64,000 bases of DNA from Octopus sinensis (taxonomy: Eukaryota), in assembly GCF_006345805.1 (NCBI RefSeq), contig NC_043000.1:49662001-49726000 (forward strand), written 5' to 3'. This document shows, in pieces, positions 24,760-38,730 of this stretch. Made by a program: the position numbers and the translations under genes. The first letter of the stretch is position 1. Each line of letters begins with the position of its first letter. The notes beneath the pieces were generated by a model that searched no databases, was not told the origin of the DNA, and saw only the letters and a program-made list of their open reading frames with translations.

Positions 24760-25450
24760 GATTGCAATGTGCAATACCATGCATTAATGTCTTCTATCAT
24801 AGCCTTTGGTTATCCAAATTCTTGCAACTAAAATTTGCAAGACAGAAAGAGAATGGAAGTATGGAAGTATGTTACAGAGTGTTCCTCTTCTTGAATGGCC
24901 AACTTAATATTTTATCTAGTTTGATCCCATCACCTGGTCATTGGTGGCTTGCAGCAGAAGCCTACTCTGTGACAAGCATTTGCACCAAGCATCTGATCAG
25001 TGAACAATCATAGATGCCCTAAAAGTGCTTATGTCTCTTGTCTGTCTTTCTCTCACTAAGCCATTAGCCCATTTGTCCTCATATTCCTGTTGAAACACAC
25101 TGTCTTTGTTTCGGTGAATTTTGAAAGCAATGAAGAATTTAGTAAAATATCTTCGTTGTTATTAAACTGATAAAAGGAAGCTGGTGGCAGAATCATTAGT
25201 ATGTTGTATAAAATGCTTAGCAACATTTCTTCCAGCATTTTATGTTCTGTGTTCAAATCACTTTTAAGACAACTTAGCCTTTCATCCTTTCAAAGATCAA
25301 TGGTATCAACTACTCCACTTCCATTCAAAATTGCTGGCCTTGTACCTAAATCTGAAACTAATATTAAACTGCTGAACCAGATGTGATTTTGCTTGGTAAG
25401 GATGAAACCAATATCTTTTATGCAGTAGAATAATTCTATCACATAACCAG
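24760..25450 (-). pseudogene. Possible very decayed LINE reverse-transcriptase remnant
   Basis: Weak resemblance to RT motifs (FTETKTV resembling FADDTxL; KWANGLV resembling WAxxWLV). The frame is heavily broken. Confidence 0.3.
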
Positions 25451-27277
25451 GTTCCTTCTCTGAACAGCTGCCACAGACTGTTTATAGTCTGAAATGGTGA
25501 CAAATCTCTTTGTCTTTTTAATTTTTGATTTAAAATGTGGTTTGACTCTTCCTATCATCATATAAGGTATTTTTGCATCATTTATATGTAGAGGAGAGGA
25601 AAATTATATGTTATGTGAAGGATTTGTAAATACTATATTTATAAAAGGAAAAAATTCAGACTTCATTCTAAAATCAGGAAATTAAAACACAAAGAGATCC
25701 ACCATCATTTCTGGTCATAAACAACCTCTGGAAGTTGGTCAGTGATGAGACCTGGCCAAGTAATATAATAATTCACTGCAAAACAATATTTGGTTTCATT
25801 CCTACATAGCAAACTCTCACTTGTTCCAGTGAACTACCTTGGTGAAAAACACTCAAGCTTGCAATATCTTTAAGTAGACTAATAGTTTTAGAAATGAAAA
25901 TTGTTATCTAATTCAATTTTTTTCCCCTCTCATTTCCATTTGAATTACTCAATAAATTTTCTTTTTGTCTGTTTTACTTAATTATTTTTTAATAGAAAAT
26001 ATATTAAAGGTCTTTTTTATAGAAAAGCAATTTTCTAAACTCCTCCAATTAGGTGCCAACATATTATTAAGCTTCACTTATATCTTGATATTTCAAAATA
26101 AGACAAACATTTCTACCATCCTAATGGAAAGAACTTAATAAGCTAAATACTTCTTACTCTAATTTGAATGTTTTTTTCCCATTTCTTCACAAATCCTTGA
26201 TGTGTTAAAAATGAAGTCTTAGTCTTAAATTTGTCTTCAATATATTATTTAGTAATCTATCTCTCATGGCTGAAAAGAATGTCTACTCTGTGGTAGATGT
26301 CCCTGTGTGATGAGTTTAACGTAGACTGAGAAGTTACACATTTTCTATTGCATGGAGAAACCAGATCAGAAACCAATGACTTATAACCTTGAAAATAAAC
26401 TTACTGCTTCTTTTTTTACATGAAAAAATGTCTTGGAGTGTTGTAGATTCACAGATTAAATATTTATCTACATCCATGTACAACTCTTATATCTTACTTT
26501 AGTTTTTTAAAGCTAGTGTTTATGATATACAGGAAAAAATTTTAATCAAAACATTTTACCACAGAATTTTTGGCCCTTTGCCAGTGAATAAATTCACTGA
26601 AACATTTTCAAAATACAATTGAGAAGATAGTAAAATTATTAGACAGCCATGCTATGTTATATTTACATCTAAAATATGTTTTCCCCTAGAGACAATTTTG
26701 TCTATTGTAATTCTAGACATGATGAAAACAAGCACCTGTAATATATCGTGAGAAAAACTTCCTTAATAATAATTTTTGTTTTCTTTTAAATCAAAATTAT
26801 TTAAAGATAAAATTAAAATTTTAAAGAAAAGGACATTTTTTAAGAAATGAATTAACTGTGAAAATTTTCTGTATAGAATAAGTTTAGATATTTTAAACAC
26901 TAACCTATGAAAGAAAAGTCCAAACAGTGGAGAAAGAAGATGAATATATTGGGGTTTAGTATGTCATACTTGATTTTTTTTCTTTTTAAATATTTCAATA
27001 TTTTCTATAAAAAATTTTCAGTTTAAAATTTTGACCTTGCTAGATAATTTATCTTAAAATTCAAGATTGTTTTTATTTTTTATATAATTGAAGTTGTAAT
27101 CCATTTACAAATCAATCTTGTCTCTTTCTTAGAGAATATATTTTAAAATGTCTTATGAATTTTTCCTTTTAATGGAATTGAAGAAAAAGAATTTAAAATA
27201 TTGATTTGATGTGTTGGTTGTTGATTTCTAAATTGCATTATCATTATCATAATATTGTTGTTGTTGTAGTAGTAGTG

Positions 27278-27331
<54 letters not shown>

Positions 27332-30200
27332 CTTGAATGCATTTACTTCTTTGAAAATTGAAGAAAAAAAATAGAAACCTCACTCAAGGTAATGTTAATG
27401 TTTTATTCAGGAAGAATAGAAACTGCTGTCTTGAAATAAACAAAACACAAAATAAAAATACAGACTAAATACTGAAATATTTTGTTTCCAAACTGTCAAA
27501 AAGAAAGTTAGATTTTTTTTAAAGCCTGGTAAAAAAAAATTGCAAAGTGTATGTTATTATGAAACACACACATAGTTGAATAAGTTGTTTTCCTGGAAAA
27601 ACATGCCTGAACAAGATTTGATTAGTTTAGGATAGACTACACCCACTAGCCAGTATACACTTCCTATCAGTAGAATAAAAATCCATATCATTTACCAGGA
27701 TAATTAGAAAAAAATTAGCTTGAGGTTGAGTATTAAGTCAGCTTTTAGCTGACTTTTCAAGGCCCTAAAGTAGAAGCTGAACTCAGTACTGCCTGTTGCG
27801 ATAGTTATTTTATAATAATTCTACCTGTCATGACATTACTTAGCCCGTCAGTAACGTTTTCAGATGATTAGAGAAGCAGAGGGTGAAAGAAAAGAGGGAG
27901 AGTGAAAAAGAGGGAGCAAGAAGTGTCCATGAAGTGAGGTAGAGGAAATGTAATAGTAACACTTTCATGTGATTAAATGAAGGGAAAGAGAGGAGAAAGA
28001 AAAAGGAAAGAGGAAAAGAGGATAAGGTGAAGAGTGAGGCAGAAAGAGGGAGAAACAAAAAAAAGAGAAAAGAGAAAGATGGAGAGAGAAAAAGAGACAG
28101 AGCGAAAAAGGGTTATAGTAGCGTCCATGATGTGAGGTAGGGGAAACAATAATTTTAGCAGAGGGGTGATGTTTTGATGGTGAAGTTAAAGAACGCTAGA
28201 GAGAGAGGGGAGAGAGAAATGAGGGAGAGTGATATGATGATGGTGGTGGTGGTGGTGGAGATAGAGTTGGTGGTAATGGAGATGGAAATGGCACTGGTAG
28301 TGGGGATGGCAATGGTGACTGAATAGTGAATTGTATTCTTTTTTTAATTGAACTAAGTTTTTTTTATATCACCTATCACTTAACACATGCACATAAGTGC
28401 AATTCCATGAAATATTCGTGCTTATTTACGTGGCTGATATAGCCTATTTAACTAAAGGTTGTATCATATGTATGAGATATTCCATTTTGGTTCTGGGGAA
28501 ATGGAGAAATAAGAATGAATATTTATTTTATGAGTGCTGTGTATTAAGTCTATAAAATTGTGCATAAAGTATATAAAGTGTATACATAAAGTGCATTAAG
28601 TAATCATTGTATTCCAATTTCTTGCACATTTAAATGAGTAGCAGATGAGAACTATCTTTCCATACAGACACAACACAGACTACACTTTTAGGTTTTGGGG
28701 ATAAAATTTTCAGAAATAACCCAATTGGGTTGACCCTTAATTCTGTGAAATATTCATGGTCTCTCAAGTATTTTTGTTCCTTTCACCTCATTTCACTAAT
28801 CTTCTCTTACCTTATGATACCTATTTACATGAGCAACCACTCAACAATGACTCAATCCCTTTAAAATGTGCTGTGAATAATTCCTTTTAATCGAATCAAT
28901 GAAAAAGAATTCAAAATACTGATTTGATGTATTTGGTTGTTGATTTCTAAATGGCATTATCTTTATCATAATATTGTTGTTGTCAGTGTTATCTTGATTG
29001 AGCAAGCAATAAGAAAGCTGGCTAGAAAATAATAATTAAATCTCCTTTAAATCACACTCTTCCATTTTAAAAAAGGAAAGAACACATTGAATAGTGTAAT
29101 CTTTGATATATCATGCCTGAATAAAAGATGGGATAGTTGCAATTAGAGTGCCTTAGACTTGAGGCTAAACAACAGCAACATTATCAACAGCATCAAATAC
29201 CAAATTAGTAAAGTAACCACTAATATAAAGTAATGCATAAGAAAACTACATTCATCAAAGACTTTTTTATTTATCAGAAATAAGGAAAAGTAAGCATACT
29301 ATCAATGAGCACATCTACTCAAGGCAAGCAGGGCAGACAACGCAATCAATATCTCAATTAATTAAAATTAGAAGAAGGTATGTAGAGTAAACATTAATAA
29401 GACCTTTGGAGGTGTTTTAGTTTTATTACACCTCTTCATGAATCATTATTTATATTAAATATTTTGGTCATTTTAAACAGCTCAGTGCTAATAGCAAAAT
29501 GCAAACTGACACAATAGCTGCCAGTTCATCTCCTCAGTCACCCATGAATTAGAATTATATAGAATACTACCATAGTTGATTATTAAAGTTTTCAAGATTT
29601 TTCGTAAAAATAAAAGAAACAAAAGCAACCATATCATTTTGATTAAGCATAAAATCAAATGAGTCCTTTCTGACTCATAATTTGTCTCCTCCTCTCTCTT
29701 GTGTTCTCATTCTTTCCTGCATCACACACACACACACACTCTCTCTCTCTCTCTCTATCTTTCCATATGTATGTATATATTTGCACACGCATACACATAT
29801 ACATATATGGATACAGGTCATCCCCAACGGTACAAATAACATGAAATACATAAACAAATGAAGGAAAAAAGAGTGAAATATGTAAACAACGAGAAAAAAA
29901 ATGGAAAACAAGACTAGTTAATGCAGAGAAAGGACCCTTCATCAATTGTCAGCTGTCTATCTGCTCCTCATTTTCAATACGAGTTTTCAAAGACAGTTGC
30001 TCCCATAAATTCTAAAATAAAATTTAGGATTTACGGAAGGTCAAAGTGAAGACATACAAGGAAACTGAACAAAAACAAATATGGCAAGTCATTAGACCAG
30101 AACAAGAGAAAATAGTAAATGCTGGGAGAACCATTTTTTTGAAAAGAGAAAAGATAGAAGAGAGAGAGAAAAACACATCTGCTTGTTTGAACATCTGTGC

Positions 30201-30236
<36 letters not shown>

Positions 30237-33228
30237 ATAATATATGTTATATATATATATATATATATATGTGTGTGGTGTGTGTGTGTATAATATATGT
30301 TATATATATATATATATGAAACATATATCTTTTACTTGTTTCAGTCATTAGACCACTGCCATGCTGGGGTATCACACTGAAGAATTTTAGTTAAACAAAT
30401 CAAGCCCAGTACTAATTATTCTTTTCTTAAGTCTGGAACTTATTCTACCAATCTCTTTTGCTGAACTGCTAAGTTATGGGGACAGAAACACACCAAAACC
30501 AGTTATCAAATGGTGATGGGGAACAAACACAGATGCAAAGACTCACACACACTCACACACACATATATGATGAGCTTCTTTCAACCATGCAGTGGGTCTA
30601 AACCCAGAACCAAATTTTTTACCTGTGGTCCTATATATATATATATTTAGAGAGAGAGAAAGAGAGAATTATTAGTCAACAGGTGTTTATAGGCAGTGGC
30701 AACAGAACAGATATAGGAAACTCAAAGGGAGTATATAATATGTTCTTAGTACTGAGAAACTACTGGGTGAAAATGATGGGTCTTCCAGTTTAGTTCTCAT
30801 TCTCTCTCTCTCTTTTGTATTCTTTCAGCTGACAAAGTAAGCTTTAAATAAACATAAATGTACATAAATGCTTTGACAATATACTTTTCCAATGCTGACA
30901 ATTCTATTCTTTGACACCAATCATTGCAGTATAAAACCCAGGTTTGCAGCACAGCAAAAGTTGTATTGCTCAGTTGAGGGATAGTATCTTCTTTTAAGCA
31001 GATTTATTTATTTAGTCAAGAATAAAATTGACTGTTTTCTCCATGTGATTGCCTCTTTTTAAAACTGACAACCACTTTGAAGTTAAATACCATGGTATGT
31101 CAGCTTATTTATAGTTTTACAAAGCTTCCTAACTTTTCGAAGAATGCAGTCTTACATAGATATCAACAAGCGTAGTGAATCTTAAACTCTTTCCAGGTCA
31201 TGGTATCTCCACTGAGTTCTACAGTGCACTATGAAAGCAACAATCAGAATAATATTTGGTATAATTCTTCCTAATTTAGGCTCAAAATCAGCAGTTTTGA
31301 AGGGATGGAGTACTTAGACCACATCAAACTTGATACTTTATTTTATCACCCTTGAAAGGATGCAAGGTGTAGTTAACTTTGGCAAGATTTGAATTCAGAA
31401 TGTGATAAGTCAGAAGAAAACTGACAGAGAAGGACATATTTTTGCCTTGCTCTAACAATTCAGTCAGCTCACCTTGATAACTGCTATAATGAAATGAAAT
31501 TAATTTTGCTTCGGATACAAAACACTGTCGATTGTAATATTTTTCCTCTTTGTAAGGTGCTGGGTACATCCCAGCGAGTATAAATCAGGGGTTACTGCTC
31601 ATGGGGTGCAGCCAAGTGATTTAATTATTTTTATTAGATAATAGTGAATTAGCAGAGTCATTAGAGCATCAAAGTGAATGCTCTGTGGTAATTATTCAGA
31701 CCCCTATGCACTAATTACAAATAGTGCCAAGGTGCCAACGTTACCTTTCATTCTTCCAGGTTTGTTAACTAAATTACCAATCGAAGGCAGTGGACTGGCA
31801 CAATTGTTAGAGCATTGGTCTAAATGCATTGTAGTATTTGTTTTAGCTACTTTTGTTCTGAGTTCACATTCTACTTTGATGTTAATGATCACAGCCATTC
31901 ACGTAACCAAGGAAGCACCCAGTCTAACCTGTAATAGGCCAGTGTCAACAGCAAGGCCTACTACCTCTAGCACAGAGAAACTAGAAATAGTATGTTAAGG
32001 ACTTCATCCATCTAGAGAGCAAAAACTGCTGAATCGATTGGAAAATTTAATCAATTCTGGAGAAACGATATGTAAAGTTGACCACCAACAGAGTTTCCAG
32101 TCATGAATCGTGATAGATGAAGCTAATTACACTAACACTATTTAGTCCAACATTATTTTTTCTTAGCTGTTTCCACTGTGTTGAAGCTATGGAATTTAAC
32201 ACAATATAATTCAAATCACTAACAATGAATTTCAACATCAATTCAGAATCCAATAAAAACATTTGGTTTTATTATTATTTTTTTTTCCAGTTATAACGTC
32301 ATGAGTTCAATTCCTGGACTGGGTAATAAATTGTGTCCTTGAGTAAGGACACATTTTACATTATTCTGGTTTTATCCAGCAGAAAATAATATGGGACCTA
32401 GCACTAGTGCAGCTCTCTTTCACTCCATTCCCTAATATTTCGCTGGACTCAATGGTGAGAGGGCCAACAGTGCTTCTGTCTCTGCACATGACCACATAGG
32501 CTCCTAAAACATTCAGCAAAAGCAGTGCACATGCTGCCTGGTCATATTTCTGTGTGAGTGAGGCCTAAGTCATCATTGTTTGAGTTTGTTTTTTTGACTT
32601 TTACTGCAAAATTACTTTCAAAAAAGGGTTAAATGTGTTTATATTTCCTTTCCTTGGATGTTGCTTATTGCTTTTGAAAGAATTTTGTCATTATATTCAC
32701 TATTCTCTAAGTTGATATGGTAGATCTGTTCAGCATGGTCAAAGGTTTCCATTACAATAGGCGTATAATCTGTATTACATTCATTATTTACATTCTTAAG
32801 ATAGCTAAGCTGCTTAAGTAATTTTCATATGGTTAATATAGTTCGAAATAGTCTGAAGTGATATATAAGGAATTTTCAGTCAAAACTTATTCTTCTATAG
32901 ATAATAAGCTTGAATATTTTGCAAAGGCTTATTATATCTTTCTACAACTTATCATTCTTCTGTGCATTTATGCTAAATGACTGCATAATCCTTATCTCAG
33001 TATAATCTATCTCATTACTGAATAAACATTTTAACATGTAAAGGTTGCTTAGGATGACCAACTTACGGATTTTATTATTAAGCCAATGCAGAGTTATTGT
33101 TATCTGACTTCCCTGCATCCATTAAACTCTAAAGCTCAATCTTGATTTAACAATGGTAGGCCCCCCTACAGAATTACAGAATTCTAATCAGTAGAAGCCA
33201 TATATCTATCTACCTACATATATACAGA

Positions 33229-33566
33229 TGTGAAGGCACATGGCTCAGTGGTTAGAGCATCGAACTTACAATCGTGAGGTTGTGAGCTCGAATCCCGGAC
33301 CGGGCTGTATGTTGTGTTCTTGAGCAAGACACTTTATTTGACGTTGCTCCAGTTAACTCAGCTGTAGAAATGAGCTGTGATGTCACGGGTGCCAAGTTGT
33401 ATCGGCTGCTGCCTTTCCCTTGGATAACACTGGTGGTGTGCAGAGGGGAGGCCGGTATGCATGGGCGACTGCTGGTCTTCCATAAACCACCTTACCCAGA
33501 CTTGTGACTAGGAGGGTAACTTTCTAGGTGCAATCCCATGGTCAGTGTCATGACCAAAGGGGGTCT
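33229..33566 (+). mobile_element. tRNA-derived CORE-like SINE, near full length
   Basis: TGGCTCAGTGG (A box), GCTCGAATCC (B box), GTGTTCTTGAGCAAGACACTTT; same family as 6272 and 9925. Confidence 0.9.
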
Positions 33567-33617
33567 GACCCGACATATATACAGATAGATGTTCATGTAG
33601 CTATATGTACACACACT

Positions 33618-33648
<31 letters not shown>

Positions 33649-34103
33649 ACACATATGTATATGTGTGTGTGTATATGTACCTATGTATGCACACATACAT
33701 ACACATACATCCACATATAATTACTTAATAGACACAATACATATTTGTATGTGCTACTAATAGTTTCTTATGCTGAGAACATGCCAAATAATGAATTATT
33801 ATATGTGTAACATTTCCACACAGTTATCAGGCACAAACCACATACAATAAAAACTAAAAATTGAAAGAGAGAACAAACTCAAAAAGGCGAGAGGAAGTAT
33901 ATAGAAAACATGAAAGGTTGAAAAAACGGAAATGGAAAAGGTAATCAGGAATAAGTAAAAAGGTAAAAGAGTTATCTCCCTTAGATTATAAGAGTAGAAA
34001 TAACAGCGACAAGTTAATCAGGTATTAGTGCAATCAATTTTCCAGTTCTTCAAAAGGAACTTAGGCATACATTTACGACCACTGAAATTTTCAGCATTTG
34101 TAA

Positions 34104-34135
<32 letters not shown>

Positions 34136-34340
34136 GTGCACACATATGTAATCAGACTTGCAATCTTACAGTTGTGAGCCAAATGCCCTAACCACAAAGT
34201 CATATATCTTCATACCATCATCATCATATCATCATCATCATTTAACATCCGTTTTCCCTGCTAGCATGGGTTGGACCAGGATCCAGTCTGATCTGGCAGT
34301 GTTTCTACAGCTGGATGCCCTTCCTAACGCCAAACACACG

Positions 34341-34372
<32 letters not shown>

Positions 34373-35029
34373 TGATATATGTATGTATGTATCTTTGTAT
34401 GAAGTTATGTACCTATGTATGCATATAAAATGAAAAGAGGGATTAAGAAGTTTGCTTTACAGCTACATATTCTGGGTGGGATTTCACTGTGCAATACCTA
34501 GAGCAAATTTCTTCTATAACCTAGGGTTAGATAATACCTTTTAAGTGGAATTTAGTAGATGTAAATTGTGCAGATACCGGTCATATATGTGCATTTGTTT
34601 AAAACATAACTTAGCCATTTAACAAACAGAAATTCTTAAAATATTTACCTGAGACAAATGAGAACTTGGGCTATTAAGGCCAGTTAAAACCCTTGATGAT
34701 GATACCTCAGAATAGTAGTGCTTTAATAACTGAAACCAATAATAAATACATATTCACTTTCCAAAGCTGAAGTAAAAGGGAAGCTTAGAATGAATTAATA
34801 AATAATATTACCACATAAGTGCAGTACGATGTAAAAACTTCCAGCACACTCTGTGGTTAGCATTAGGGGCAGCATCCAGCTGTAAAGATCACGTCAAATC
34901 AGAATGGAGTCTGGTGCAACTCCCCAACTTGCCAGTTATGGTCAAACCGTCCAACCCATGCCAGCATGGACAACAGACATTAAGTGATAATGATGATGAT
35001 TACTAGAGTAATGCTGGGTAGGGACCAAA

Positions 35030-35330
35030 ATCATATCACAGGTACAAGTGGCTAAAATGGATTTCTTCCAAAGGAACCCTGGCAGGTTGTAGTTTATGCA
35101 GCTTGGAGGTCAAGGAGTTTCTACAGATTGAACAGCTACTTCTATGTATTAAAAGGTCACAGCCCCAGTGCTAAAGGCATGTCGTTAGAATGTCATAGGA
35201 AAGGATCACAAGTTGAACTCTTTAAGCTGAGCCAATGAGCAAGAGAACTGGGGTAGTCCAAGAAGGAAATGGCTGGATAATATCCATCAGTCTCAGTTGG
35301 TCATGCCTGGTAATGCAACCAAAAAATCAA
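35030..35330 (+). pseudogene. RTE-clade LINE 3' fragment
   Basis: SQVQVAKMDFFQR..EQLLLCIKRSQPQC*RHVVRMS.. matches the RTE C-terminal pattern AAEMxFLR..QLRWxGHVxRM. Confidence 0.65.
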
Positions 35331-37212
35331 ATGAAGGTTGCTTCTGATAATATCCTATAGACAAGGTACCTGAAGACTCTACCACCATGATTCTAACAGG
35401 AATAGTAAGTGAAGAAAATGGATGGATGGATGGATGGATGGCTATTGCTAGAAGTGTGGCATGGGTATATCCAAAGACATTATCACTGGCAACAGAACAC
35501 TGCTAAGTAAAATAATGGCATCTTTGGAAACCATTCTTAACATACAGCTCCATGTACAATGTATACTATTTTCACTGAGTACAATGAGGTGTTCCAAAAT
35601 GGGTAGGGGTTGCTACCTTGAGTAATTCAAGGAACCTTAATGGCTTCCAGTATAGGCACAAGACACAAGAACACATATTTATGATGGGAAAAAGGAACTT
35701 GCATACATGAATGATGATGTTGGTTTTGGTCAGATATGATCTCAAGAAGAGGAGATAATATGTGGCATTTTGTTTGGGTTTTATATCAATTTTGCTACTT
35801 ATATAATTGTTAGATGTCTCTTACTAATTCTGCTACCCAATATAATCATTATTAGATGTCTTGGAAATTCTCAATGAATCATAAGAATTACTATGTCGTG
35901 TGTCTCACCTATCAATAAAGCTAATCAAAAGGAAAAATAAATGTATGCACATATGTATGTGTTTGTATGTGTGTGTTGGGTGTATATGACTATATTTTTA
36001 TATGTATGAGTGTGTATGTGCATCTCTCTCTTTATCTTTATCTATCTCTTGTTCTCTCTCTTTGTATGTATATATATATATATATATATATATGATATGT
36101 CATTGCAATGTATATGAATATATATATATATATACATACACACACACATATATATACGTACATATATATATATACACACATTGATACACACACACAAGCA
36201 CATATATATATATACATATATAAAATGTATATACATGTATATGAATATATAAAATGTGTGTGTGTGTGTATATATATTGAATATTAGAAATAGTCTTAGA
36301 ACTGAATGCAATGAAGACAAAATAACCAAAAAAAAAACCAAAAAGAAAATCAATATGACATATGTCATAATTACTCAATTTCCACCCACCAGCTAACATC
36401 TTGCTCTATGTTTATTACATTTCAATAGGCAAATTATTACTTAATTTGACAAGAAATACCCTTCAACAACAAAACAAAATAGATACAAAAAAAAAGAGGA
36501 GAAAAAAGGAAAACAAAGATAAAGATGAGACTTTTCTTGGAAAACTAAGGAAAAAAACCACCCCAAAACATATGTCCTTGTCTCTTTCTTGCTCTAACTC
36601 TCTCGCTATTGTCACTCTTGTTCTTTCTTTTTTTACCCCTTTCCTCCCACTATTCTCTACTGTTGTCACCCTATGTTTTGGTTCTCATTCATATTTTCTT
36701 TTATTTCAACACATATATGTGTATACGTGTGTGTGCACATGTGTGTGTGTGTGTTTGTGTATCTGTGTGTGAGTAAAAAATTAATATAAACAGCCATGCA
36801 CAATGTGTTACGAAAAAAGAAAAACTATAAATGTCACTAAATGCAACAAGGGTGTTAGAACACCTTCATTGCTAGAAATAAGAGTTAAAATGCTCTCATG
36901 CTGTAGTTAAAGCACATAATTGTATACATATGTAACTACAGCATGAAAGAATTTAGCCTAAATACATACATATATATGTATATATATATATATATGTATG
37001 TTTGTATGTATATATATATGTATGTATGTATGTATGTATATATGTATGTATGTATGTGTGTATGTATATGTATGTATGTATGTATATAAATATGTATGTA
37101 TGTATATATATATATATATATAATGTGCAGCAAATAAACTATTGTCTAAATTATGCAACAGATATATTTACCAAAATTACATAAAAATATCTTGAAGTAC
37201 TAAAGAGTAAAT

Positions 37213-37400
37213 TTATTTCATAAAATCTCCATTGGCTTCAACCATGGCCTCCAGACAACTTTGGAATATCCTGCAACTCTTCTGGATGGTCTCCTTGTTT
37301 AAATTGGTAAATGCTGCCATAATCCTTGCCTTCAGTTCATCTTTAGTGTTACAAGGAGTTTTGTTGGTCTCTTGCTTTTTTACCATGTACTTAGTGCAAG
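37213..37400 (-). pseudogene. Tc1/mariner (maT-like) transposase C-terminal fragment
   Basis: ETNKTPCNTKDELKARIMAAFTNLNKETIQKSCRIFQSCLEAMVEANGDFMK*. Confidence 0.75.
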
Positions 37401-37459
37401 ATTTGAAGAGTGCAGTTTGATTGTAACAGTTATGTTTTCAAAGCTGAAATGAAAGTGAC

Positions 37460-38100
37460 AAAGAGCATATTCGGCATATTTTGCTTTTTGAGTTCAATAA
37501 GAAAGTGCAAGTAATATTAATGCAGTGTTTGGGGATAGGACAATAAATGTAAGCCAGTGTCAATGGTGGTTCCCAGAAATTCTGAACTGGGAATAGAAGA
37601 AGAGCCTCATCCTGGGAGATCTGTAGAGCTTGACAAGGATGTCCTGCAAACCCTGATGGCACAAAACCCCATTGTAACTGTTGAGCAACTAGCAGAGAAG
37701 TTGGGATTTGGTCATTCAACCATTCATCGACACCTGTGCCATCTGAAAAGTCAACAAATTGGGTCAATGGGTTCCTCACAAATTTTCAAAGTTTAATGAT
37801 ATCACATCTCATGAATGAATGGTTTTTGGACCGAATAGTGACTGGTGACGAGAAATGGGTTCTCTATAAAAATGTTAAGTGCTGAAGACAGTGGGTAGGG
37901 AAAGGAGAAATGCTGGCACCCAAGGCTAAAGATGGTCTTCACCACGTAGGGTGTTGTTATCTGTTTGGTGGGATATGAAATGTTTAATCCACTTTGAACT
38001 TCTAAACCCAAACCAAATGATAAGAAAGGAGATCTACTGCAAGCAGCTTGAGTGGCTTAAGTCAGTGCTAGAAGAAAAAAAAAACATCTTTGCAATCATG
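37460..38100 (+). pseudogene. Decayed mariner transposase (HTH plus start of the DD34D domain)
   Basis: EEEPHPGRSVELDKDVLQTLMAQNPIVTVEQLAEKLGFGHSTIHRHL (HTH), then FLDRIVTGDEKWVLYKNV and LSVWWDMK; frameshifts and stops present. Confidence 0.92.
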
Positions 38101-38449
38101 AGCTTCTAAGTTCAATCGTACTACATGGCATCTGCAAAATGTCTTTTACCAAAGCCTTGACTTTTCAATAAAATTGGGTAAATGAAAACTGTATGGGAGC
38201 CTATCAAATGGATTCTTTTTGTAATTCAAAGGTCCAGTTATTTCACATACTCTATCATGCTGATTTGACCTGATAATTGCATTATGGGTATACATGTCAG
38301 TGGAATATTCAGCTACTAACTGAATGATTTAATTCAGTTGAGTAATTATCTGACTACTCTAATAAACTAATGAAGACTTCAGTAAATGTCTTGTGCCTAG
38401 TGACTCATGAATAAGAAAATTATTTTGAATTTATAATTTAGAAATATTG

Positions 38450-38730
38450 GACAGGGTGCAAAGCTTAGAGATCAGGGAGTTTCTCCAGGTTGAGTTGCTA
38501 CTTCTCTGCATTAAGAGTTCACAGCCATGGTACTATGGAAACATAGTTAGAATGTGGTAGGAACGACTCACAAGACAGATTCTTCAAGTTAAACCAACTG
38601 GCAGGAGACCTAGAGATAGACCAAGAATGAGATGGCTGGATAATATTCATAGTGTTAGATGGTTGTGCTTGGGGATCCAGTCTAATGACTGTTGCTTCTG
38701 ATAGAACCTATGGGGAGAGTGCCTGAGGAT
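38450..38730 (+). pseudogene. RTE-clade LINE 3' fragment
   Basis: DRVQSLEIREFLQVELLLLCIKSSQPWYYGNIVRMW*ERLTRQILQVKPTGRRPRDRPRMRWLDNI contains the RPRGRPRxRWxD motif. Confidence 0.85.

Noticed and set aside
33068-33166. Minus-strand segments with strong acceptor and donor (also about 27391-27436 and 28430-28493)
   Set aside because: All three frames contain stops; this shows how often splice-like pairs arise by chance here.
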